This document shows positions 41,003-49,790 of a DNA stretch of 64,000 bases, in pieces. Source of the stretch: Endomicrobiales bacterium. Its GTDB lineage: Bacteria > Elusimicrobiota > Endomicrobiia > Endomicrobiales > JALOBY01. The stretch spans positions 416,001-480,000 of the forward strand of contig CAWCNJ010000008.1 in NCBI GenBank assembly GCA_963796955.1. Reading direction: 5' to 3'. A program made the translations under genes and the position numbers. Every line of letters begins with the position of its first letter. Within the stretch, counting starts at the first letter, position 1. The notes under the pieces are model-generated. The model saw nothing but the letters and a program-made list of their open reading frames with translations. It was not told the DNA's origin and ran no database searches.

Positions 41003-41185
41003 GCAGTTGGTTGTGCGGACTAAATCCATTTATCCGCCAAATGAGGTTCTCGATCTTCATTCCTTCGGCTCAGCTGTTTGAGCCCCACTCCAAAGTATGT
41101 TGAGTGGAGGTGTGGGGCAAGTTCTGAGCCGGCGAAGATCGTGATCCGAAATGGATATACGGACTTACGGAACATAATCAACTGC
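41003..41185 (+). ncRNA. Unclassified ~183-nt rod-like structured non-coding element
   Basis: Five nested stems (13, 8, 8, 8, 7 bp) fill the intergenic space; the outer stem has two G-T wobbles on the + strand. Confidence 0.55.
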
Positions 41186-41214
41186 GATGGCATAGCAAGT
41201 AAAGGCACAAGGAA

Positions 41215-41772
41215 ATGAGAATGGATTTTGAATCGGTATTTCGGCTGATATTGGATAAATTCAAAAAAGAAAATATCACCTTTGGGTTGATCGGCGGGTT
41301 TGCTTTGCATTCAGCCGGGTTTTCCAGGGCTACAACGGATATTGATTTTTTAGTAGCCAAAGAAGATTTGTCAAAGGTCAGGAAGGTAATGCTAGGCTAT
41401 GGTTACCAGTTGCTCAGTGAAACAGAAGATATTTCAAACTACCTTGGAGTAATGGAAGATCAAGGAAAGGTAGATTTCCTGCATGCTCACCGAAAATACT
41501 CACGCAATATGCTGGTTCGCGCTGTCGAAAAGGATATCCTTAAAGGTAAATTCAAAACTAAAGTAGTTATACCAGAGGACATTATCGGGCTGAAACTTCA
41601 GTCCAGTTCCAATGATCCTCGCCGCAAAGCAAAAGACATGGATGATATTGAGCATCTGATCGAGATAAACTTCAAAAATATCGATTTAACAATAATCAGG
41701 GAATACTTTGCTCTTTTTAACAGAACCGGCGAACTTGAAGACATTCTCAAGAGGATCAACAATGCTAAGTAA
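41215..41772 (+). CDS. Nucleotidyltransferase (pol-beta superfamily; AbiEii/DUF6036-like)
   Basis: LIGGFAL...RATTDIDFLV...VDFL...EDIIGLK...R..KDMDDI. Confidence 0.85.
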   Translation: MRMDFESVFRLILDKFKKENITFGLIGGFALHSAGFSRATTDIDFLVAKEDLSKVRKVMLGYGYQLLSETEDISNYLGVMEDQGKVDFLHAHRKYSRNMLVRAVEKDILKGKFKTKVVIPEDIIGLKLQSSSNDPRRKAKDMDDIEHLIEINFKNIDLTIIREYFALFNRTGELEDILKRINNAK

Positions 41773-41968
41773 GCAGGAAAAACGCGAGCTACTGGCAGAT
41801 GCGCGCAGTGGTCGGCGCAGAAAGATGTTTACCAAAGCTAATAAGATTCATTATAGCGCCGGTCCATCTTTGGATGACTATATTAAGTTCCTTACAGGTA
41901 TACAAAAAGTTTTTGGACCGTTTCAAGTGGACAAGAAGCCCTCTATTACAGGAAAAACAAAACTTTAA
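41762..41968 (+). CDS. Small basic hypothetical protein (68 aa), likely partner of the nucleotidyltransferase
   Basis: GAGG SD, ATG 41762 overlapping the NTase end; MLSKQEKRELLADARS...SLDDYIKFL. Confidence 0.65.
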   Translation: MLSKQEKRELLADARSGRRRKMFTKANKIHYSAGPSLDDYIKFLTGIQKVFGPFQVDKKPSITGKTKL

Positions 41969-43563
41969 TGAAAATAACATTGGCGCAGATCAATACTACG
42001 GTGGGGGATTTGGAAGGGAACGCTGTGAAGGTTCGCTCGGCTATTGCCAAGGCTAAAACTGCTGGAGCGGACGCCGTGGTTTTTCCTGAGCTTACTGTTA
42101 CCGGTTACCCGCCGGAAGATCTTTTGCTGAAGGCATCATTCCTTAAGGACAATATGGAGTGGCTGCGAAAACTGAGTTTAGAGGTTCAAGGTATAACCGC
42201 TATCGTTGGTTTCGCAGATGTTTCTGGCAGGGATGTGTATAACGCGGCGGCAGTGTTGCAGGACGGCAAAATAAAAGAAATTTATCACAAGGTCTTGCTG
42301 CCTAATTACGGCGTTTTCGATGAAAAGCGCTACTTTAAGTCCAGCACCAGTACGGATGGGATCGTAAACATTGCCGGCGTGGCCTGCGGCATAACGATCT
42401 GTGAGGATATTTGGGAAGATAGCGGGCCCGCGCAGATACACGCAGCCCACGGGGCGAAAGTAATTATTACGTTGAATGCCTCGCCATACCATGCCGGCAA
42501 GGTAGCCGAGCGCGAACTCATTATCCGCGACCAGGCAAAGTCGAACAAGGCGCATCTTGTTTACGTGAACCTTGTGGGCGGCCAGGATGAACTGGTGTTT
42601 GACGGTTCAAGCATGGTCATAGATCCTGAGGGCAAAGTTATCGCCAGGGCCGGGGCATTTACTGAAGAGTTACTTACTGTTAGTATTCCAAACACTGAAA
42701 TTAATGTGGAACCATCTCTTGATCCAGTCGAGGAAGTATACAAGGCCCTGGAGCTCGGACTGCGGGATTATTTTTCAAAGAACGGTTTTAAGAAAGCCGT
42801 GCTCGGCATGAGCGGCGGGGTGGATTCCGCGCTGGTTGCCACAATAGCCGCAGATGTGCTGGGGAAAGAAAATGTTACCGGCGTTTTCATGCCCTCAGAA
42901 TTTTCCTCCAGGGAATCTCTTGAAGACGCCGAAAGTCATGCGGTGAACCTTGGGATAACATTCATTAAGATCCCGGTGCAGGAGCTCTTTAAAGATTATC
43001 TTTCAACCCTTGAGCCGCAATTTGCAGGAACAAGCTTCGGCACGGCGGAAGAGAACCTGCAGGCACGCGTTCGGGGAAACCTGCTCATGGCACTATCCAA
43101 TAAATTCGGCTGGATAGTGCTGACCACCGGCAACAAATCCGAGATGAGCACAGGGTATGCGACACTTTACGGCGATATGGCCGGCGGCTTCGCCTTGATA
43201 AAAGACGTTCCCAAAATGCTGGTATACGAACTATGCCGCTGGCGCAATAAGCAGTCCCCTGTTATACCCGAGCGGGTGCTAACAAAAGCGCCGACAGCCG
43301 AGCTGAGAGCTAATCAAAAAGATTCCGATTCATTACCCGAATATCCGGTTCTGGATCCGATATTAAAACTATACGTTGAACAGGATGCCTCCGCAACGGA
43401 GATACTAGCGCACGGATTTAATGAAGCGGATGTGGCCCGTGTGATACGCCTTGTGGACCAGAGCGAGTATAAACGCAGACAGGCGCCGCCGGGCGTAAAA
43501 ATAACTCCGAAAGCCTTCGGCAGGGACCGCCGCATGCCGATAACGAACAGGTATGCTAAATGA
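41968..43563 (+). CDS. nadE: Glutamine-dependent NAD+ synthetase
   Basis: Nitrilase-like domain (FPEL, ICEDIW) plus SGGVDS, ENLQAR, TGNKSE. Confidence 0.96.
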   Translation: MKITLAQINTTVGDLEGNAVKVRSAIAKAKTAGADAVVFPELTVTGYPPEDLLLKASFLKDNMEWLRKLSLEVQGITAIVGFADVSGRDVYNAAAVLQDGKIKEIYHKVLLPNYGVFDEKRYFKSSTSTDGIVNIAGVACGITICEDIWEDSGPAQIHAAHGAKVIITLNASPYHAGKVAERELIIRDQAKSNKAHLVYVNLVGGQDELVFDGSSMVIDPEGKVIARAGAFTEELLTVSIPNTEINVEPSLDPVEEVYKALELGLRDYFSKNGFKKAVLGMSGGVDSALVATIAADVLGKENVTGVFMPSEFSSRESLEDAESHAVNLGITFIKIPVQELFKDYLSTLEPQFAGTSFGTAEENLQARVRGNLLMALSNKFGWIVLTTGNKSEMSTGYATLYGDMAGGFALIKDVPKMLVYELCRWRNKQSPVIPERVLTKAPTAELRANQKDSDSLPEYPVLDPILKLYVEQDASATEILAHGFNEADVARVIRLVDQSEYKRRQAPPGVKITPKAFGRDRRMPITNRYAK

Positions 43564-44426
43564 ACAAAAATATCGCCTGCATCAATCCAAGCTGGCTCAT
43601 AAAAAAGAAAAAAGATTTCACGGACGGGATAGCCGGCATTGAAAAACTCGGCTTTCACGTATTGAATAAAGAATGCATTACAACACTGCCTGCGCCACGG
43701 GCAAAAGCGGCACAGATCCATGCCGCCTTCAAAGACCCCAACGTTAAGCTGATACTTGCACAGAGAGGCGGCTACAGCGCCCTGAAAACCCTGCCGTACA
43801 TTGATTTCAATCTGATTAAAAAACACCCGAAACTCTTCGGGGGGTTCAGTGACCTCTCCACACTGCTTAACCCGATCTATGAGAAGTGCGGCATCATCAC
43901 GCTTCATTCTCCTATGCTCGTAAATTTTTCGCCGCGCAGGCCGTTCGTAATACGGTCTTTCATGAACGCGGTGAACGGCTTTCCCAACAAAGAGCTTTTT
44001 GCCGGAACTAAGATCAAGGTTTATAAACCCGGTAAAGCAAGCGGCATACTAAAAGGCGGCAACCTTATCACCCTGACCGCCATGATAAAAACCCAATGGG
44101 AAACGAACGTTGACGGTTGTATCGTATTCCTTGAAGATGTGGATGAGAAACTTCACTCGATAGACCGGTATCTGACCCAGTGGATCCTTCTTGGAAAACT
44201 GCAGAAAGTGGCCGGCATAATCTTAGGAACCTTTAACGGCGTTAAAACCGATGACGTTTTCAAGATCATTTCATCCCAGATGAAGATAAAGGTTCCGGTG
44301 GTTCGTTGCCCGAACATCGGCCATGTACCTAATAAAATAACGCTGCCTGTAGGCGCAAAAGTATTGCTGGATACCGGCAGGAAGTCGCTGCGCATCCTTA
44401 ACCTGAAAGGATTACCAGGCTTATGA
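43560..44426 (+). CDS. ldcA: LD-carboxypeptidase (peptidase S66)
   Basis: RGGY, GFSD, GGNL, FLED, IGH. Confidence 0.88.
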   Translation: MNKNIACINPSWLIKKKKDFTDGIAGIEKLGFHVLNKECITTLPAPRAKAAQIHAAFKDPNVKLILAQRGGYSALKTLPYIDFNLIKKHPKLFGGFSDLSTLLNPIYEKCGIITLHSPMLVNFSPRRPFVIRSFMNAVNGFPNKELFAGTKIKVYKPGKASGILKGGNLITLTAMIKTQWETNVDGCIVFLEDVDEKLHSIDRYLTQWILLGKLQKVAGIILGTFNGVKTDDVFKIISSQMKIKVPVVRCPNIGHVPNKITLPVGAKVLLDTGRKSLRILNLKGLPGL

Positions 44427-44995
44427 ACATTATCTGGATCGTGCTTATGTGCGCGAGCATTATTATCGCCATCTTCACCGGCAAAGTTGACGACCTGACA
44501 AAGGCCATGTTCGACGCGGGAAAATCAGCTGTTGAGGTTTCACTGTACCTGCTCGGCATAGTATCCATCTGGCTCGGCATAACAAAAATACTTGAGGAGG
44601 CGGGTCTTATACACCGCATTTCAAAATTCTTCAAGCCGGTGATCGCAAGATTGTTCCATCTTCCTGATGACCACCCCGCGATCAGCTCTATAACCCTTAA
44701 CATCCTTGCCAACTTCTTCGGCCTTGGGAATGCCGCAACACCCATGGGCATAAAGGCTATGCAGGACCTGCAGACATTGAACGACAAGCCCGATGAGGTA
44801 TCAGACCAGATGATGCTTTTCATAGTTATCAATACGGCGAGCATTCAGATGATACCTTTCACGGTAATAGGAGTGCTGGCAGCCTACGGGGGGATGAACC
44901 CATCAGCCATCGTTATCCCGACGCTTATAACGACAGCTCTGCTGGCCCTCACAGGCATCAGTGTGTTGTTCGCTTTCAGGAGGATATTTAAATGA
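44423..44995 (+). CDS. spmA: SpmA-like nucleoside-recognition (Gate) membrane protein
   Basis: ANFFGLGNAATPMGIKAM, INTASIQMIP. Confidence 0.9.
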   Translation: MNIIWIVLMCASIIIAIFTGKVDDLTKAMFDAGKSAVEVSLYLLGIVSIWLGITKILEEAGLIHRISKFFKPVIARLFHLPDDHPAISSITLNILANFFGLGNAATPMGIKAMQDLQTLNDKPDEVSDQMMLFIVINTASIQMIPFTVIGVLAAYGGMNPSAIVIPTLITTALLALTGISVLFAFRRIFK

Positions 44996-45528
44996 ATACC
45001 GCCCTGATAGGAAAAGCGACCGCCTACATAATCCCAATATTCATCCTCGGCGCGATCGTTTACGGCTCTATTCGTAAAGTACGCGTCTATGACTCATTTA
45101 TTACCGGCGCCAAAGACGGCCTGCAGGTCGTTATCAGAATATTCCCATATCTGCTGGCGATATTCATGGCGGTAAAAGCCTTTCAGGCCTCCGGTGCCTT
45201 CGACCTTATACGCCAGTACGGCGGACCGTTCCTGGCAAGATTCGGAGTTCCGCCCGACATTATTTCACTGTGCCTGATAAAACCGCTTTCAGGCAGCGCA
45301 TCGCTCGCGGTATTCACCGATATAGTTAAAAGCACAGGCCCCGATTCCATGGCAAGCCGCATAGCCGCTGTGATAGTTGCCAGCGCGGAAACAACATTTT
45401 ACGTAATTGCGGTTTATCTCGGCGCGGTCAGCATCAAAAAAACCCGCTATCTCGTTCCGGTTTGCCTGATAGCAGATATAGCAGGGATGCTTTTTGCTGT
45501 GATAGTCGTACGATTCTTATTTCACTAA
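44992..45528 (+). CDS. spmB: SpmB-like membrane protein
   Basis: YDSFITGAKDG, KPLSGS, ETTFYVIAVY. Confidence 0.9.
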   Translation: MNTALIGKATAYIIPIFILGAIVYGSIRKVRVYDSFITGAKDGLQVVIRIFPYLLAIFMAVKAFQASGAFDLIRQYGGPFLARFGVPPDIISLCLIKPLSGSASLAVFTDIVKSTGPDSMASRIAAVIVASAETTFYVIAVYLGAVSIKKTRYLVPVCLIADIAGMLFAVIVVRFLFH

Positions 45529-45529
45529 C

Positions 45530-46234
45530 ATGTGCAGAATATTAGCTATCACTTCTTTTGACGTACAAAAACATACATCGTTCATTGACGGTTTTTTTGG
45601 GTTGGCTGCCTGCGGGCAGGTGCCGCCGGGGAACGAGCCGGGCCATATGGACGGGTGGGGGATAGGTTATTATATTAACGGGGCGGCAAAAGTTATAAAG
45701 AGCGGTAATTCTATTGTCAGTGAAAAAGACCGGTTTTATGATTCTCTTAATGAAATTAAAACATCGTCCGTGCTGATACTTCATCTGCGCAAGTCCGCCT
45801 GGTCCGGTACTACCGCTGAAAGACACGCGCATCCCTTCGTTTACAACAATTGTTTGTTCGCCCATAATGGTGTAGTAACGGATTATCAATCCCTGTATCC
45901 TGAGATCAGCGAAGCCAACCGCCCTGCCTACGATTCGGTCGATACCGAGGTCTGGTTCCGCCATATTATTGACCAAAAGGGCGCGACCATAACAGAAAGA
46001 CTCACCGCCTCGGCGGCCCACATAAGAAAATATTTTCTTTATTCCGCCATGAACTGCGTCTTAACAGATGGCACTTCCCTGGTAGCGCTCAGGGACAGCA
46101 ACAAATGGCCGGATTATTACTCGCTCTTCAGCGCGACAGTGGACGGCAGCGATTTCATCTGTTCACAGGAAATAACCAACGCCCCCTGGAAACCGTTAAC
46201 GCAGGCTGCTCCTATCACCGTCAGTCATCGCTGA
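45530..46234 (+). CDS. Class II glutamine amidotransferase / Ntn hydrolase (YafJ/EgtC-like)
   Basis: N-terminal MCR, HMDGWG, HLRK, HPF, FAHNG. Confidence 0.85.
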   Translation: MCRILAITSFDVQKHTSFIDGFFGLAACGQVPPGNEPGHMDGWGIGYYINGAAKVIKSGNSIVSEKDRFYDSLNEIKTSSVLILHLRKSAWSGTTAERHAHPFVYNNCLFAHNGVVTDYQSLYPEISEANRPAYDSVDTEVWFRHIIDQKGATITERLTASAAHIRKYFLYSAMNCVLTDGTSLVALRDSNKWPDYYSLFSATVDGSDFICSQEITNAPWKPLTQAAPITVSHR

Positions 46235-46249
46235 CCCACTCCTTTTTCA

Positions 46250-46278
46250 TTGACAGAAACCCGGATAATATATATAAT
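46250..46278 (+). promoter_or_regulatory. Consensus sigma70 promoter of the nspC operon
   Basis: TTGACA-17 bp-TATAAT. Confidence 0.8.
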
Positions 46279-46296
46279 TCAGCCGACGGTAATTTT

Positions 46297-47400
46297 ATGA
46301 AAATACCTACACCTTACTACTTGATCGACGAAAAGAAATTACTGCTTAATCTTAAAAAGATAAAGTATGTAAGGGATAATTCCGGCGCCAGGTCCGTACT
46401 GGCGCTTAAATGTTTTTCTACCTGGTGCGTTTTTCCGCTGATGAAACAGTACATGGACGGCACCACCAGCAGCTCGCTTTTCGAGGCACGGCTTGGCCAT
46501 GAGAAATTCGGAAAAGAAACACACGCCTACAGCGTTGCCTACACTCCCAAAGAAGTCAGCGAGCTAAGCCGGTTCTCAGATAAAATAATCTTCAACTCCA
46601 TCTCACAACTAAAAAGCCTTTCAAAATACACACGCGGCATAAAGATAGGTCTGCGGGTGAACCCGGGCATAAGCTATTCTCATTTTGACCTGGCAGACCC
46701 GGCGCGCAGGAATTCCCGACTGGGAGTCGTCCTCAAAAAAGACGTTGTTTCAGTAGCGGAAAAGCTCAGCGGTGTGATGTTCCACTTCAACTGCGAAAAT
46801 GATGATATAAAGAACTTCACAAAAACACTGAAGTACATCGGCGATCAATACGGCAGTATACTTAAGAAGTTGGAGTGGGTTAGCCTGGGCGGAGGATTGT
46901 ATTTCACAAAAGAAAGGTATCCGCTGGACGAATTCTGTAGGGCATTGAAAGCCTTCTCTAACAAATTCGGCGTGCAGATCTACCTTGAACCCGGGGAAAG
47001 CGCCATTACCCGCAGCACAGAACTCGTTACAACAGTGCTCGACGTAGTGCATAACAAAAAAGACGTCGCGATCGTTGATGCCTCCACGGAAGCGCATATG
47101 CTTGATTTGTTGATTTATCGATTAAATGCTAAAATAGACGCCGCGGGAAAGGGCACGAACAAATACGTGGTAGCAGGCCGCTCCTGCCTTGCCGGTGATG
47201 TATTTGGGGAGTATAGTTTTAAGAAGCCCTTAAAAGTTGGCAGCGAAATATGCTTCGCCGATGCCGCAGGCTACACCATGGTGAAGAAGAACTGGTTCAA
47301 CGGTTTGCAAATGCCTTCGATCGTTGTAAAACGCCTGAATGGAAAAATTGAAGTGATACGCCGTTTCGCATACAAAGATTTTGTCACCAGCCTGTCGTAA
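46297..47400 (+). CDS. nspC: Carboxynorspermidine/carboxyspermidine decarboxylase
   Basis: LALKCF, SSLFEA, GLRVNP, LGGG, EPGE, SCLAGD, YTMVKKNWFNG. Confidence 0.93.
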   Translation: MKIPTPYYLIDEKKLLLNLKKIKYVRDNSGARSVLALKCFSTWCVFPLMKQYMDGTTSSSLFEARLGHEKFGKETHAYSVAYTPKEVSELSRFSDKIIFNSISQLKSLSKYTRGIKIGLRVNPGISYSHFDLADPARRNSRLGVVLKKDVVSVAEKLSGVMFHFNCENDDIKNFTKTLKYIGDQYGSILKKLEWVSLGGGLYFTKERYPLDEFCRALKAFSNKFGVQIYLEPGESAITRSTELVTTVLDVVHNKKDVAIVDASTEAHMLDLLIYRLNAKIDAAGKGTNKYVVAGRSCLAGDVFGEYSFKKPLKVGSEICFADAAGYTMVKKNWFNGLQMPSIVVKRLNGKIEVIRRFAYKDFVTSLS

Positions 47401-47419
47401 CAAAAGGAGCGTACATAGA

Positions 47420-48682
47420 ATGAAACGGAATGTGCTTATTGTCGGGGCCGGCGGAGTCGCTCATGTGGCGGCGCATAAATTTGCTCAAAATAACGACCTT
47501 TTCGGCGATATCATAATCGCCTCCCGTTCGCTCGACAGCTGCAATTCCATCATTGAAAGTGTACAGCGCAAAAAGAGTTACAAAGACCCTGCCAAACATA
47601 TCCAGGTGCGGCAAGTTAACGCCATGGATGTGCCCGCGCTTTCCAAGCTGATCAAAGACACCAACACATCTATAGTAGTGAACCTCGCGAATGCCTTCGT
47701 TAACATGTCCGTTCTGGAAGCCTGCATCGAGACCGGTGCGGCCTACATTGACACGGCTATTCATGAGGAGCAGGATAAAGTTTGTGAGAACCCGCCCTGG
47801 TATGCCAACTATGAATGGAAACGCAAAGACCGTTGCAAGGACAAAGGTATCACCGCTATTCTGGGCGCGGGCTTTGACCCGGGCATGGTGAACGCCTACT
47901 GCGCCTACGCTGTTAAGCATCATTTCGACAAAGTGGATACCATTGATATTATGGATGTCAACGCTGGTTCTCACGGCAAATATTTCGCCACCAACTTTGA
48001 CCCCGAGATCAATTTCCGCGAGTTCGTAAAAGTCTGGACCTGGATAGACCGCCAGTGGGTTTGCAAACCAACCCATACTGAAAAGCTCACCTATGACTTT
48101 CCGGTGGCGGGTAAACAGACTGTGTACCTTACCGGACACGATGAACTGCACTCGCTCTCAAAGAATATCGACGCCAATACGATCCGCTTCTGGATGGGCT
48201 TTAGCGACCACTATATAAATGTATTCACCGTTCTGAAAAATATCGGACTGCTTTCGGAAAAACCGGTAAAAACGGCGGAAGGCCTTGACGTTGTGCCGTT
48301 AAAGGTGGTGAAAGCCTGCCTGCCGGACCCTAAATCATTAGCCGCCAATTATACCGGCAAAACCTGCATCGGCTGCCTGATAAAAGGGAAAAAGGGCGAG
48401 GCCGACAAAGAAGTTTTCATTTACAATGTCTGCGATCATAAAGATTGTTATAATGAAGTTGAATCGCAGGCGATCAGTTACACAGCCGGCGTTCCGGCGG
48501 TCGCGGCTGCCATCCTGATAGCTCGGGGCGACTGGGACATAAAGACAATGGTCAATGTTGAAGAACTTGACCCTGACCCGTTCATCGAGCTTTTAAACAC
48601 CATAGGCCTTCCGACAGAAGTTATGGAAAAATCCAAACAAAAGTTCCGCCGCAAGAACTCTGACAAGACCGTGAAACAGTGA
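47420..48682 (+). CDS. Carboxynorspermidine dehydrogenase (saccharopine dehydrogenase family)
   Basis: GAGGVA, GFDPG, FATNFDPEINFRE; next to nspC. Confidence 0.9.
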   Translation: MKRNVLIVGAGGVAHVAAHKFAQNNDLFGDIIIASRSLDSCNSIIESVQRKKSYKDPAKHIQVRQVNAMDVPALSKLIKDTNTSIVVNLANAFVNMSVLEACIETGAAYIDTAIHEEQDKVCENPPWYANYEWKRKDRCKDKGITAILGAGFDPGMVNAYCAYAVKHHFDKVDTIDIMDVNAGSHGKYFATNFDPEINFREFVKVWTWIDRQWVCKPTHTEKLTYDFPVAGKQTVYLTGHDELHSLSKNIDANTIRFWMGFSDHYINVFTVLKNIGLLSEKPVKTAEGLDVVPLKVVKACLPDPKSLAANYTGKTCIGCLIKGKKGEADKEVFIYNVCDHKDCYNEVESQAISYTAGVPAVAAAILIARGDWDIKTMVNVEELDPDPFIELLNTIGLPTEVMEKSKQKFRRKNSDKTVKQ

Positions 48683-48689
48683 TCTAAAG

Positions 48690-49334
48690 ATGACCCGCCA
48701 AAAGCTGCGGTCGTTATGGAAGAGCATGCAACCGCAGCTTGCGGAGCACATGTCCCGGTTTACCGAGGCAGGGAAAAAGACCGGGGCCGAGCTTTTCGCC
48801 GAACTTGCTTTCTGCCTTTTCACACCTCAATCAAAAGCGCTTTCCTGCTGGGCAGCCGTTAAAACACTGCAAAAAGAATCACTTCTCATGAAGGGAAGTG
48901 CGGAAAAGATCGCCGCGGTAATTGCGGCAAAAGGCGTGCGCTTCAAGAATAACAAGGCGCGATATCTTGTCGAAGCCCGTTTAAAACTTTTTTCATCGGA
49001 AGCCGTACCCCTGCACCGGCTCATCTCCTCATTTAAAACACCTCAGAAAGCACGCGATTGGCTGGCACATAACATTACAGGCCTTGGTTTGAAGGAAGCC
49101 AGCCACTTTCTGCGCAACATCGGACGCGCAGGCGATGTAGCTATCTTAGACCGGCATATCCTGAAAAACCTGCAACAGCTCGGTGTTATCAAAACGGTGC
49201 CATCATCGCTTTCAAAGAGCGTCTATTTCTGCATCGAAGAAAAGATGCGAGTTTTTTCTAAAAACGTCAAAATACCGATGGCCTACCTTGACTTGATCTT
49301 GTGGTACAACGAAACCGGCGCATTGTTCAAATGA
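48690..49334 (+). CDS. ogg: 8-oxoguanine N-glycosylase/AP lyase (Ogg2 type)
   Basis: FCLFTPQS, HhH GLGLKEASHFLRN, ILDRH, C-terminal Lys. Confidence 0.9.
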   Translation: MTRQKLRSLWKSMQPQLAEHMSRFTEAGKKTGAELFAELAFCLFTPQSKALSCWAAVKTLQKESLLMKGSAEKIAAVIAAKGVRFKNNKARYLVEARLKLFSSEAVPLHRLISSFKTPQKARDWLAHNITGLGLKEASHFLRNIGRAGDVAILDRHILKNLQQLGVIKTVPSSLSKSVYFCIEEKMRVFSKNVKIPMAYLDLILWYNETGALFK

Positions 49335-49643
49335 TCAGCCGGAAGCAAGAATTTTGCGGACGTTAACAACGGTAATAAGGGTAGCGCCGACAAACCCCTT
49401 CGCGTTATGATAAAAACCCGCCGCATTTTGCATAGTCTGCATAGTCTTATTAACCGCGCTCTCGCTCCAAACGTCCAGAGTATTGCCTATCGGCGTCAGA
49501 CCTGTTGACAGAGCGGAACTCATATATGATCCTGAGAATAGTGCGGCCGGCAGGTAGGTTTCCTGGGACAAATAGGCGTTCGAGGCGAACAGCATCGTCA
49601 TGCTCATCATAGTTAACGTAGCTATGAACAAAAATCTATCCAT
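49335..49643 (-). CDS. Hypothetical secreted protein
   Basis: AGGAGGT SD before ATG 49643; signal-peptide-like N-terminus. Confidence 0.55.
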   Translation of the reverse strand: MDRFLFIATLTMMSMTMLFASNAYLSQETYLPAALFSGSYMSSALSTGLTPIGNTLDVWSESAVNKTMQTMQNAAGFYHNAKGFVGATLITVVNVRKILASG

Positions 49644-49790
49644 AAAAATGCACCTCCTTATAAGCAACGGCTAATACATTGTTCCATCTTTCAAGGCTTT
49701 CTAAAATAGGGTGGTTCGCTGTCGGGCTGATATTTATCATTATCGGCCAAAGTGATTCCAATATCCGTCATAAAATGGTATAATCCCAGC

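Noticed and set aside
41003..41185. Integron attC site, retron msr-msd or dif site
   Set aside because: The core order is GTT...AAC, the reverse of attC, and no integrase or reverse transcriptase is in the window. The dif-like half-sites (AGTCCGCACAA, AACATAA) lack partner arms at 6-bp spacing.
49700..49750. Hairpin GGCTGATA...TATCGGCC between divergent genes as a riboswitch
   Set aside because: A single stem with no recognisable aptamer consensus
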